Shown: positions 1 to 8,602, counted from the first letter of the stretch. The stretch: DNA of 64,000 nucleotides from an uncultured Acidobacteriaceae bacterium (GCA_963750415.1 CAVVQX010000005.1:423695-487694), one strand, 5' to 3'. The notes: generated by a model from the sequence alone, not told the origin. Translations and numbers: made by a program.

Positions 1-965
1 TCTTCAACTCCTTGACGAAGGCACCGGAATCCATATCCGCCGGGGGCAGCACGGCAGTCGCCGCAGCAGCCGGTGAGTCGGGCGCGAAGAGCTTGAGACC
101 GAGTGCCTCAACCGCGGCGCGGGTCATGGCAGCGCAGGTTTCTGCATTTTCCACCAGCTTCGCCCGGCCCGCCGCCAGGTCTCCGTCCGCCTGTCCAGCG
201 ATATAGTCGAAGGCCGCGCCCAGGGCAGCGATCAGCGACACTGCGGGAGTGTATGCGGATTCGCCCTTGGCGGCGTTCTTCCTTTCCTTGCGGAGATCGA
301 AGTAGTAGCGCGGATTGAGGCTGATCTCCATCAGATCCCAGGCGCGGTCACTCACCGCCAGATAAGACAGACCAGGCGGAATCATGACCGCTTTTTGCGA
401 TCCGCCAATCAGGATGTCGACGCCCCAGACATCCATGTCGATGTGTGTGGTCCCAAGGCCGGTGATAGCGTCCACCACCAGCACGGCATCCTTGCCGCTC
501 TGCTTGAGAAGTTCCGCAACCCCCTGAACGTTGTGGCGTACTGCGGTCGAGGTCTCAGTGGCCTGCATGAAAACGGCCCGGGTCTCAATCTTGAGTGCCT
601 TGCGCACTTCTTCGAGGTCGAACGTCTGGCCATACGGCGCGCTGACCACATCCACGTCGCACCCGAATGCCTTGGCCAGGCTCACCCAGCGTTCGCCGAA
701 CTTGCCCGCCGTGAGAACCAGCACGCGGTCCCCGGGCGATGTGAGGTTCGAGACCGAAGCTTCCATTGCGCCAGTGCCGGAGGAGGCGAGGAGAATGACA
801 TCATTCTTTGTTCCGACAAAGATTTTCAGGTCGCGAAGCACCTTGGTGTAGAGGGCGCGGAACTCCGGCGTGCGGTGGTGTATATCGGCTGCGGCCATGG
901 CGAACTGGGCTGCAGGAAGAAGCGGTGTAGGGCCTGGAGTAAATAAGCGGGTCTTCCGGATCATG
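1..965 (-). CDS. Class V (AGXT / serine-pyruvate type) PLP-dependent aminotransferase; the N-terminal 321 codons are in the window and the C-terminus lies beyond the window start
   Basis: Not in the ORF track because there is no stop in the window. My translation from ATG 965: MIRKTRLFTPGPTPLLPAAQFAMA...LLASSGTGAMEA...DILIGGSQKAVMIPPGLSYL (PLP-lysine SQK motif). GGAAG Shine-Dalgarno just upstream. The plus-strand ORF 395-946 is its antisense shadow. Confidence 0.85.
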
Positions 966-1034
966 CTTCCATTGTAATAAAGTCGCCCCCAACAAAGGTT
1001 TCTATAATAAGAGTTTTGCCACCACTGGAGGGGT

Positions 1035-1502
1035 ATGAGCCTGGTAGAGAAGATTCACGAGGATATGGTCGGGGCCATGAAGCAGCGCGCGGTTGAGCGC
1101 CTGTCCACGCTGCGCATGGTCAAGGCAGCATTGAAAAATAAGGAGATAGACCAACGCTCCCCGGTGACCGATGCACAGGCAGTCCAGGTGTTGACCACTT
1201 TGATCAAGCAAAGAAAGGACTCGATCGAGCAATTCACCAAGGGCAACAGGCCGGAGCTGGCGGAAAAGGAAGCGGCGGAAATTGTGGTCATCGAGGAGTA
1301 CATGCCGAAAGCGGCGGGAGATGAAGAACTGCGTCAGCTGGTTACTTCCACCGTGGCTGACTTGCGGACTCAGGGGGCCCAGCTCGGGGCAAAGGATATG
1401 GGAACGGTGATGAAGGCGGTTCAGACCAAAATTCAGGCCACTGGCCTCCGGGCCGATGGCCGGCTGGTCAGCGAAATGGTCAAGGCAGCCCTAGCGGGTT
1501 AG
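1035..1502 (+). CDS. GatB/YqeY domain-containing protein
   Basis: 155-aa ORF with a full-length YqeY-like sequence (MVGAMKQR...LSTLRMVKAALKNKEID...IVVIEEYMP...DMGTVMKAV). Confidence 0.9.
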   Translation: MSLVEKIHEDMVGAMKQRAVERLSTLRMVKAALKNKEIDQRSPVTDAQAVQVLTTLIKQRKDSIEQFTKGNRPELAEKEAAEIVVIEEYMPKAAGDEELRQLVTSTVADLRTQGAQLGAKDMGTVMKAVQTKIQATGLRADGRLVSEMVKAALAG

Positions 1503-1513
1503 GGTTTCTGTTT

Positions 1514-1559
1514 TTTGTAAAATTCGATAAAATTCGATGCTTTTTGGCGTTTTTGGAGA
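1514..1559. repeat. AT-rich 46-nt direct repeat, copy 1 (core TTTGTAAAATTCGATAAAATTCGATGCTTTTT ... TTTTGGAGA)
   Basis: Near-identical copy at 2044-2089, exactly 530 nt downstream. Contains the tandem decamer AAAATTCGAT x2. Confidence 0.8.
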
Positions 1560-1731
1560 GATTGAGTGCTGCCCCGCTGCAGTTGCCCGGAACCGGACTG
1601 AGAAGGAAGTAGGGCCGCAGGGGCTAAAGGCCCTCATCTTACCCTCCCTTTAGGGCCCGACTAAAAGAGGTTGCGGAAAAAGGTCGAATAGGGGGCGAAA
1701 GCCGCTCCCCCAGCGGCTTGCGACAAAGCCC

Positions 1732-1900
1732 GGGTGCCCCATATCTGCCCGGTTTTGGCAGATGTGGGATTCCACCAACCTCAACCCCTGACTGTGCAGG
1801 GCGTAGATGGCCATGGACAAGATCTGTTGCCGGTAGAGAGTGATCGGTGGACAGCCGTTGAATCCCACATCTGCCAAAACCGGGCAGATATGGGGCACCC
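1732..1900. repeat. Palindromic hairpin-dimer element (arms 1732-1772 and 1860-1900 are reverse complements)
   Basis: GGGTGCCCCATATCTGCCCGGTTTTGGCAGATGTGGGATTC versus GAATCCCACATCTGCCAAAACCGGGCAGATATGGGGCACCC. Each arm is itself a hairpin. Produces mirrored spurious ORFs (MPHICPVLADVGF on both strands). Confidence 0.85.
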
Positions 1901-2043
1901 GTCACTCGTTACCCATTGAGATCCCAGGGATCTGTGAGAAATGCAGCCTAGATTCATAGATGCCAGTTCTCACGCAGTCTCTAGAGTCCTGGTTCTACTG
2001 CCCTGTTTGGCCTGAGGTCGCGACTAGCCGTCGACGGGTTGCG

Positions 2044-2089
2044 TTTGTAAAATTCGATAAAATTCGATGCTTTTTCGTGATTTTGGAGA
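2044..2089. repeat. AT-rich 46-nt direct repeat, copy 2
   Basis: Matches 1514-1559 with a few mismatches in the 3' part. Confidence 0.8.
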
Positions 2090-2417
2090 TATGAGAGCTC
2101 AACGACGCTGGCCAAAAGGGTTCATTCCCATGGAAAGAGTACGTGGGACTCTGGTGTCGGAAGCAATATTTGTGACAGGGATCGGATGGGACACCGGACA
2201 TCGGTAACACTGTCCTTCGCTCGCGCTTAGGCCGAAATCATCGGCAACTGCCCGGCTCGGAGTGGGTACGCGAGGACCCGCCTCCTGCCGAAATCAATTT
2301 ATGGATACAGGTTACAGGACCAGAAGCTCTCGGGCAATGGTGGTAGGCAGTACGGTTGGGACTTCGAAATCCCCTGCTCGACTTTTCCGCAGGCAATTTA
2401 TTGGAGGCAGGGTACCC

Positions 2418-2755
2418 AGGGGCTAAAGCCCGTCCTATTCTCAATCGTTTACGGCACGGCTAAACAGGCTGCGGAAAAACTCATGCTTTGTATCAGGGCA
2501 CGGCTTTAGAGGCTGCGGAAAAACTCGCCGTTGGGTAGGAAAGCCGTACCTCAGGGGCTAAAGCCCAGCGTATTTTCAATCGCTTACGGCACGACTAAAG
2601 TCGTGCCCTGATACAAAACATGAGTTTTTCCGCAGCCTGTTTAGCCGTGCCGTAAACGATTGAGAATAGGACGGGCTTTTAGCCCCTGCGGTATTGCTCT
2701 TCTACTCGTCGCGGACTTTTTCCGCAGCCTCTAAAGCCGTGCCCTGATACAAAGC
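2418..2755. repeat. Mosaic cluster of REP/MITE-like modules, including one copy of the 144-bp element (2508-2651)
   Basis: Inverted repeat 2418-2485 / 2619-2687 (about 68 nt, one indel). Second inverted pair 2485-2523 / 2716-2755. Motifs GGGGCTAAAGCCC, CTGCGGAAAAACTC and GGCACGACTAAAGTCGTGCC. Confidence 0.85.
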
Positions 2756-2792
2756 ATAAGGCCAGTGAAGCCGGGGCTGGCAATGATCCCTG

Positions 2793-3389
2793 TTACTCCG
2801 GGATCAGTTTGACGAAGGTGCCGTCCGGCAACTCACCACCCAGGACATGGACCACTCCGTTTTTTACCAAGCCGCGAAGCATGACCGGCTTCGCGGGTGC
2901 TGGCGGTGCGGGTACTAAGCTCGCAGCGGGCGCCCGCCCCATGCCACGGTCCATAGCCAGGTTTGCCAACCGGTCCGCATGGCGGTTCTTCTCTCGGAGC
3001 ACATGTTGAATCTGAAAGTGATCAAGCTGAGGGATGCGGCGGCGCGCCTCCTCATAGAGGGGCCGGAGTTCGGGACTGTTCACGCGATACTGGCCCTTCA
3101 TTTGTTTGACCATGAGCTCGGAGTCAGAAATGACCCGCAGACTCTTGTGCCCGTGGGTGATGGCGAACTCGAGGGCAGCGAGAAGCGCTGAGTACTCGGC
3201 AAAATTATTGGTGTGCGCGCCCAGGTATTGGCTTAACTCGGCGAGGACCTTTCCGGTGGAATCCTGGATGTATACGCCGAAACCGGCCGGACCCGGGTTA
3301 CCGCGCGAGCCACCGTCGCAATAGGCGACAATTCCGTCGAATGCAGGGGCACGAAAGCTGCCATCGGGAATGGGAGAGTGAGGAGGCAT
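2793..3389 (-). CDS. rnhA: Ribonuclease HI family protein
   Basis: 198-aa ORF with AYCDGGSRGNPGPAGFG...NNFAEYSALLAALE...SDSELMVKQM...REKNRHADRLAN, the RNase H D-E-D-D core pattern. Confidence 0.9.
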   Translation of the reverse strand: MPPHSPIPDGSFRAPAFDGIVAYCDGGSRGNPGPAGFGVYIQDSTGKVLAELSQYLGAHTNNFAEYSALLAALEFAITHGHKSLRVISDSELMVKQMKGQYRVNSPELRPLYEEARRRIPQLDHFQIQHVLREKNRHADRLANLAMDRGMGRAPAASLVPAPPAPAKPVMLRGLVKNGVVHVLGGELPDGTFVKLIPE

Positions 3390-3482
3390 AGCCTGAGATT
3401 AACTTGAGCTCAGCATGCTTACCAAACCGGCGCTCTTTCGTCCTAGAAACAGCGTTTCAGTGTGTGTACGTGGGAGCTATGA

Positions 3483-4175
3483 ATGCCGGCGGACGCGCTT
3501 CGCTTTACTTCGCAAGGATCAATCAAGGCTGGGGGCTCTGCCTGGGCTCCTAAGCGGACGGTACAATCCTCCTCAGGCATGTCAAGCGAAACGTGGGGTC
3601 GGGCTACCGAAACTGAGCTGATCCGCGAAGCGCAAAAAGGTTCGCGGACAGCCTTCGAAGCCTTGGTCCGTCAATATGATGCTGCTGTTTTACGCCTGGC
3701 ACTGCGTTTGACCGGCTCCGAGCAGGACGCGCAGGACATCCATCAGGAAGCCTTCCTCAAAGCTTACCGCTACCTGGCAAATTTTCGCTTTGAATGCTCC
3801 TTCTACACCTGGATCTACCGCATCGTGACCAACCTATGCCTCGATCATCTGCGCCGGCGCAAATCCCGCCGTGAAGAACAGTCGGTGGTGGTTGATTCCA
3901 GTGGCGGGGAGATGGACCTGCTTAGCAATATCTCTGATGACCGGTCGATGGCCAATCCAGAGCGCGAACTAGAGCGCAAGCTGCTGGGCGAGCGGATCCA
4001 GGAGGCACTGAGCCACCTGACTCCGCGGGAACGCATGGTTTTTGAACTTAAGCACTACCAGGGCCTGAGATTAAGAACGATCGGTGAAATGTTAAACACC
4101 ACGGAAGAGACCGCCAAGAACACGCTCTTTCGTGCGACAAGAAAATTAAGAGCAAATCTGGCGGCAATTCGGTGA
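3483..4175 (+). CDS. ECF-type RNA polymerase sigma-70 family factor
   Basis: Region 2 (FEALVRQYDAAVLRLALRLTG...DAQDIHQEAFLKAY) and region 4 (LTPRERMVFELKHYQGLRLRTIGEMLNTTEETAKNTLFRATRKLR). The alternative start ATG 3579 would give 198 aa. Confidence 0.9.
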   Translation: MPADALRFTSQGSIKAGGSAWAPKRTVQSSSGMSSETWGRATETELIREAQKGSRTAFEALVRQYDAAVLRLALRLTGSEQDAQDIHQEAFLKAYRYLANFRFECSFYTWIYRIVTNLCLDHLRRRKSRREEQSVVVDSSGGEMDLLSNISDDRSMANPERELERKLLGERIQEALSHLTPRERMVFELKHYQGLRLRTIGEMLNTTEETAKNTLFRATRKLRANLAAIR

Positions 4176-4188
4176 GGCGAGGTTTCAA

Positions 4189-5139
4189 ATGGACTGTGAA
4201 CTGGCTCAACAGAAGATAGCTCTCTTTGCATATGGAGAGCTTCCTGACGATCAGTGTCATGCGCTGGAAGGGCATCTAACGACCTGCAAGCGGTGCCAGG
4301 AAGAGTTTGCCGCCGTACAAGCGCTGCAACAGGCAATGGCGCTCGCGCCGGCCCAGGAGCTTTCCCCTAATCTATTGGCGCAGGCGCGTTTACGGCTGGA
4401 AGAAGCCCTGGAGAGCATGCCGCGAACCAGCTGGCTCATGCGCGTCCAGCAATCCATGTTTCGTAGCGTCAGCATGCTTGGCCGGGCACCGGTAGCGGCA
4501 TCTGCGCTGTTGGTCCTGGGTCTGGCTTCTGGAAGCTGGGCGGGTTATCAGTATGGCGCGCGCAACCACCGGCCAGTTGCCGAATTGGCCGGCGCGGTCG
4601 AGGGCGCGGGCAAGATCGCCAGCGTCAGCAGCATCATCCGCGAGCCAAACACCGAGAATGTCGAAGTACACTTCAATCGACTGGTGCCGGAAACCACCCA
4701 GGGTTCCCTCGATGACGCACGGATACGCGAACTTCTGATATTGGGCGCACAAAGCCAACAGAATCCCGGGGTGGCACAAAACTCCGTAAATCTGTTGGCC
4801 CATGAGTGTCAGGAGCAGCACCAGTGCGGCGACGGGGCTATCCGGAACGCGCTGCTGGTGGCTCTGCGATACGACAAGGACGATAAGGTTCGGCTTAATG
4901 CCTTGAACGGCCTCAAACCATATGTCGCGGAAGATATGTCGGTACGCGACGGTGTTCTGGAAGCGCTGCTGGACGACGCGGACCCCACCGTCCGGTCGCG
5001 AGCGATCGAGCTATTGCACCCGGTCGAAGCAGATAGTAGCGTACGTGAGGTATTGCACACCGTGGCCTCAGAGGACGACAATCCTCATATTCGAACCGTC
5101 TCCCAGGAAGTTTTGGATCAATCTCCTCACATCCAATAG
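4189..5139 (+). CDS. Anti-sigma factor (zf-HC2 N-terminus, one TM segment, HEAT-like C-terminal repeats)
   Basis: HLTTCKRCQEEF matches H-x3-C-x2-C. Hydrophobic APVAASALLVLGLASGSWAGY. C-terminal repeated D..VR..A...L units. Lies 13 nt after the sigma gene. Confidence 0.75.
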   Translation: MDCELAQQKIALFAYGELPDDQCHALEGHLTTCKRCQEEFAAVQALQQAMALAPAQELSPNLLAQARLRLEEALESMPRTSWLMRVQQSMFRSVSMLGRAPVAASALLVLGLASGSWAGYQYGARNHRPVAELAGAVEGAGKIASVSSIIREPNTENVEVHFNRLVPETTQGSLDDARIRELLILGAQSQQNPGVAQNSVNLLAHECQEQHQCGDGAIRNALLVALRYDKDDKVRLNALNGLKPYVAEDMSVRDGVLEALLDDADPTVRSRAIELLHPVEADSSVREVLHTVASEDDNPHIRTVSQEVLDQSPHIQ

Positions 5140-5201
5140 TCCGGGAGTCTGTTCGAACCGAAAACAAGTATCAGTTCCAGCTATTCCTGGGGAGATCTCC
5201 A

Positions 5202-6065
5202 ATGAAGCACTTTCCGATGTTTGGTTCGCTGGTGGCTGTGGTTATGAGTGGTCTACTTAGCGCTAATTCAGGCTGGGCGTCAGGCAGTACGCTGAATTCG
5301 CCGGGGGATCTGGGCCTGGATTTTCTGTGGTACAGCGCACAAGGCTACCTGGGAGTTAATTTAAGTGAGGTCGACACCGACCGCGTCAATACGCTCCACT
5401 TGAAGGATGCCCACGGAGCTGAGGTGACGTTGGTAGATCACGATGCCCCTGCGGGCAAGTCCGGCCTGAAGGTCCATGACGTCATTCTTCAGCTCGACGG
5501 GCAGGCGGTGGAAAACGCCGAACAATTGAGACATCGGCTGCTGGATATGCCCTCGGGGCGCACGATCAATTTGCTGGTGAGCCGCGACGGCAACCCTATC
5601 ACCATTTCTGTGCAGCTTTGCGACAGGGCAGAGCTCGAACAAAAAGCCTGGTCGCACCATTTGACGGTACCGGAACCGGCTCCCCCGCCAAGAAGCACGC
5701 TGCACGAGAGCTTTGTGGAGACACGGCGACCGGCTGTCACCGGGATCCTGGATACGGTGATGCCTAAGGGCCTTTATGTGGGGGTGGAATTGAACCCAGT
5801 GCGAACCCAGCTGGCAGACTATTTCGGGGTGAGCAGCGGCACCGGATTGCTGGTCGAGAACGTGGATTATCAGAGCCCCGCCTCACGGGCCGGCCTGAAG
5901 GCTGGGGATGTCGTGGTTAAGGTGGAGTCGCAACAGATGACCAGCAAGGGCGATTGGGTGAAGGCCATCCGGAGTCACCGCGGGCAATTGGTGCAGGTGA
6001 CCGTGATGCGCAATAAGCAGGAGCAGGTCCTGACCATGAGCGCGGGGAAGTTAAAGAATAAGTAA
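5202..6065 (+). CDS. Secreted protein with two PDZ domains
   Basis: Signal-like N-terminus MKHFPMFGSLVAVVMSGLLSANSGWA. Two PDZ-like blocks (GKSGLKVHDVILQLDGQAV and ASRAGLKAGDVVVKVESQQM). Confidence 0.75.
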   Translation: MKHFPMFGSLVAVVMSGLLSANSGWASGSTLNSPGDLGLDFLWYSAQGYLGVNLSEVDTDRVNTLHLKDAHGAEVTLVDHDAPAGKSGLKVHDVILQLDGQAVENAEQLRHRLLDMPSGRTINLLVSRDGNPITISVQLCDRAELEQKAWSHHLTVPEPAPPPRSTLHESFVETRRPAVTGILDTVMPKGLYVGVELNPVRTQLADYFGVSSGTGLLVENVDYQSPASRAGLKAGDVVVKVESQQMTSKGDWVKAIRSHRGQLVQVTVMRNKQEQVLTMSAGKLKNK

Positions 6066-6166
6066 AAACGTCATCCAGCCGCCCTGAGACACCGCTCAGG
6101 TGACGATTCACCCCATTCCTTTCTGGTTACTCGCGCCCCTGATTGCACTGTGATTGAATAAAGCAG

Positions 6167-7183
6167 ATGCAGCAGAAGCAGACCCACACCTGGAAGGGCC
6201 GGGCCAAGGCGGCGACGCGCAAAGTGCGGGAGCTGGCGGTGGTGGGGCATGCTTTGGCTTCCACCCGGCACGTGGTTATGGCGCAGATCGTGCCCATGCG
6301 GTTTTGCAATCTTTCCTGCGCTTACTGCAACGAATACGACAAGGTGTCGAAGCCGGTCCCGCTGGAAGAAATGGTGCGGCGCATCGACCATCTTGCGTTT
6401 CTGGGCTCAAGCATCATTACCATTTCCGGAGGGGAGCCGCTCACGCATCCGGAACTGGACGGAATTATTGCCCGTATCCGCCACCATGGGCGGGTGGCCG
6501 GGATGATTACCAACGGATACCTGCTGATGCCGGAACGCATCGAGAGGTTAAACCGCGCCGGCCTCGACCACATGCAGATCTCGATCGACAATATCGAGCC
6601 GGATGAGATTTCGAAGAAGAGCCTCAAGGTTCTGGACAAGAAGCTGGAGTTCCTCTCCCGTCATGCCGAGTTCCACGTCAATATCAATTCGGTGGTTGGG
6701 GGCGGCATAAGAAATCCTCAGGATGCGCTGGTCATCGGAAAGCGTGCCCTGGAGCTGGGGTTTACTTCCACCATCGGCATTATTCACGACGGGGACGGCC
6801 AGTTGAAAGCTCTCAAGGACGAAGAGCGGCGTGTCTATTACCAGATGGCCGGCATGGCAAAGAAAAACTATTCGCGCTTTAACAAGTTTCAGGAGGCGAT
6901 TGCAAATGCGGAGCCGAACGATTGGCGCTGCCGTGCCGGCTCCCGGTTCCTGTATGTATGCGAAGACGGTCTGGTGCACTACTGCTCCCAACAGCGTGGA
7001 TACCCGGGTGTTCCGCTGGCGCAATACACCAAGGCCGACCTCAAGCGGGAATACCTGACGGAGAAGAGCTGCGCCCCGCACTGCACCGTCTCCTGCGTGC
7101 ATCAGATCTCCTACATCGACCACTGGCGCTCACCCCAGACGCAGCAAACCACGCCAGGCCAGCTGGTCAAGATCCAGACCTAG
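6167..7183 (+). CDS. Radical SAM protein with a Cys-rich C-terminal (SPASM/twitch-like) region; function unknown
   Basis: CNLSCAYC (CxxxCxxC), GGEPL, MoaA-like layout. C-terminus has CRAGSRFLYVCEDGLVHYC...CAPHCTVSC. The start could be ATG 6278 (MAQIVPMRFCNLSC). Confidence 0.85.
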   Translation: MQQKQTHTWKGRAKAATRKVRELAVVGHALASTRHVVMAQIVPMRFCNLSCAYCNEYDKVSKPVPLEEMVRRIDHLAFLGSSIITISGGEPLTHPELDGIIARIRHHGRVAGMITNGYLLMPERIERLNRAGLDHMQISIDNIEPDEISKKSLKVLDKKLEFLSRHAEFHVNINSVVGGGIRNPQDALVIGKRALELGFTSTIGIIHDGDGQLKALKDEERRVYYQMAGMAKKNYSRFNKFQEAIANAEPNDWRCRAGSRFLYVCEDGLVHYCSQQRGYPGVPLAQYTKADLKREYLTEKSCAPHCTVSCVHQISYIDHWRSPQTQQTTPGQLVKIQT

Positions 7184-7298
7184 GTAGCTGGATAAACGCA
7201 CCCCAGGATTTTCCGGGCAGAAAAATCATTAGTACATCTTGTTCGAAAAGAAGAGGTACTAGCTAAGCTAGATATTCCATCAGCATCAGGGCTTATTT

Positions 7299-7760
7299 GG
7301 AGAACCGTAGATCTCTCCACTCCGCTACGCCTCAGGATGACGCCTTTCTGGAGGGGATTAAACAACATCTGGTCGGGTGCAAAAAGACGAAAAGATCGAA
7401 AAAGTCACAGGCTCTCTTAATGAACAAACGAAGAGTGTGGTGCCGCACCTCCGGCGCTCGACCGGCTGCCTTTGTATACCCAGCCCTTCCGGGCTGGGCT
7501 GACATTTGGCGGACGGCCCTCTGGGCCTGGATTGCAAACACCGCTTTCCCATGTTCATTCCATCCTTAACTTGCCACAGGCAAGTCAGCCACTCAGGATG
7601 ACGCCTTCTGGAGGGGATTAAACAACCTCTGGTCGGGTGCAAAAAAGACGAAAAGATCGAAAAAGTCACAGGCTCTCCGGTCGAGATGACAATTCTTCTT
7701 TTGCGATAAATTTGTCATCTCGACCGGAGCGTAGCGGAGTGGAGAGATCTGCGGTTCTCC
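7299..7760. repeat. Composite MITE-like element bounded by 32-nt terminal inverted repeats
   Basis: TIRs 7299-7330 GGAGAACCGTAGATCTCTCCACTCCGCTACGC and 7729-7760 (reverse complement, 1 mismatch). Internal 86-nt direct repeat 7331-7416 / 7592-7677. Hairpin 7677-7727 (16-bp stem, GATGACAA...TTGTCATC). No ORF with protein-like sequence. Confidence 0.8.
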
Positions 7761-7781
7761 TTCGCTAACTCATTTTCTTAG

Positions 7782-8522
7782 CTACTGACCTGTGCCGCGG
7801 TGGGCAGGCGCGGCCGGACCCTTGGTTTCGGCCAGCGCCTGGTCGATGATCTGGTAGAGCCGCTGACGATCGACCACCTCGACAAACGGCACGCCATTCG
7901 TCTTGCTGGTAACGACCCAGATGGTCGGGGTGTGCTCAATACCGATGCGCTTACCCAGGTCGATATCCGCCTGGACTTCCGCTGCCAGTTTCTTTTGCGG
8001 GTCGACGACAAAGGGCAGGGCCAGGCCGTGTTCCTGGGCAAATTTTTCCGCGAAGTTATGGATGGCCGTGGCCGCGGCAGTCGTCGGACCTGCCGGAGTT
8101 TCCGGGGAAGTCTCACCCGCTACATCAATCAGGTTCTGATTGGCAAAGACCGCATCGCGAAAATCATCGCCAAGCTTTTTCGACTTGGTGTCGAACCAGC
8201 GGGCATAGACCGCCGCGTCAAAACTCCAGGCGTGAAAGGGCAAAGGAAAATCGTGACGCACCCAGGGAATGTGGTATTGGGCCGCAGCATCCTTGAGCAA
8301 AGGATTCGCCCGGGCGCAATCGGGACATTCCATGTCTTCGAACTCAACGATTGCCACGCGAGCGCCAGGCGGCGGCTTGAGGGCTGCGGGATCATGGACG
8401 GTGGTGGCCTGCGCCCCAGCAAACTGCGCGGTGAGGCCGCTAAGCAGCAGCAAGGCCACCAGGCGCAGCTTATTCGGGTGGGTATTTAAATCGGTAGCCG
8501 CAGCCGGCGGGATAGCGTGCAT
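7782..8522 (-). CDS. DsbA-family thiol:disulfide oxidoreductase (thioredoxin fold), secreted
   Basis: CPDC active-site motif (FEDMECPDCARANP) and a signal-like N-terminus. ATG 8522 has an AGAGGA SD; the ORF track extends to 8540. Confidence 0.85.
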   Translation of the reverse strand: MHAIPPAAATDLNTHPNKLRLVALLLLSGLTAQFAGAQATTVHDPAALKPPPGARVAIVEFEDMECPDCARANPLLKDAAAQYHIPWVRHDFPLPFHAWSFDAAVYARWFDTKSKKLGDDFRDAVFANQNLIDVAGETSPETPAGPTTAAATAIHNFAEKFAQEHGLALPFVVDPQKKLAAEVQADIDLGKRIGIEHTPTIWVVTSKTNGVPFVEVVDRQRLYQIIDQALAETKGPAAPAHRGTGQ

Positions 8523-8602
8523 GGTTCCTCTGCCCTTCAATCTTCAGACCCTCATTCCTGTTTATTGTAATGGGTGGGCGGCTGATATGATGCAGGCTTC
8601 CG

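Noticed and set aside
395-946. 183-aa plus-strand ORF, and other short ORFs at 12-995
   Set aside because: They are antisense or out of frame to a clearly recognisable class V aminotransferase on the minus strand (1-965). The translations are Arg/Ala/Gly-rich with no motif. These are typical shadow ORFs of GC-rich DNA.
1639-1919. ORFs 1639-1905 (-), 1650-1898 (-) and 1734-1919 (+), and likewise 51106-51294 (-) and the N-terminus of 51155-51673 (+)
   Set aside because: They arise from perfectly palindromic repeat arms. The same peptide (MPHICPVLADVGF / MPHISLVFRE) is read on both strands, which is expected for an inverted repeat and not for a gene.
2358-2374. tRNA/tmRNA-like T-arm GGGACTTCGAAATCCCC
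   Set aside because: The loop would be 8 nt (CTTCGAAA) instead of the canonical 7-nt TTCGAAT context. There is no matching acceptor stem, no CCA-proximal sequence, and no D-arm or anticodon arm upstream that I could fold.
2090-2400. Candidate structured ncRNA (RNase P, SRP/4.5S, 6S, tmRNA, cobalamin/TPP riboswitch) in the unique part of the gene-free interval
   Set aside because: None of the hallmark strings I know is present: GGAAAGTCCGGGC for RNase P, GGAAGCAGCC for the SRP domain IV context, a B12 box, or CTGAGA...ACCTGA for TPP. There is also no downstream gene for a riboswitch. I left it as an open question in the findings and did not call a feature.
3446-3471. Possible ECF-type autoregulated promoter GAAAC-N18-CGT upstream of the sigma factor gene
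   Set aside because: The AAC-to-CGT spacing is 18 nt by my count, longer than the usual 16-17. The flanking bases do not fit a consensus I can name. This is too weak to annotate.
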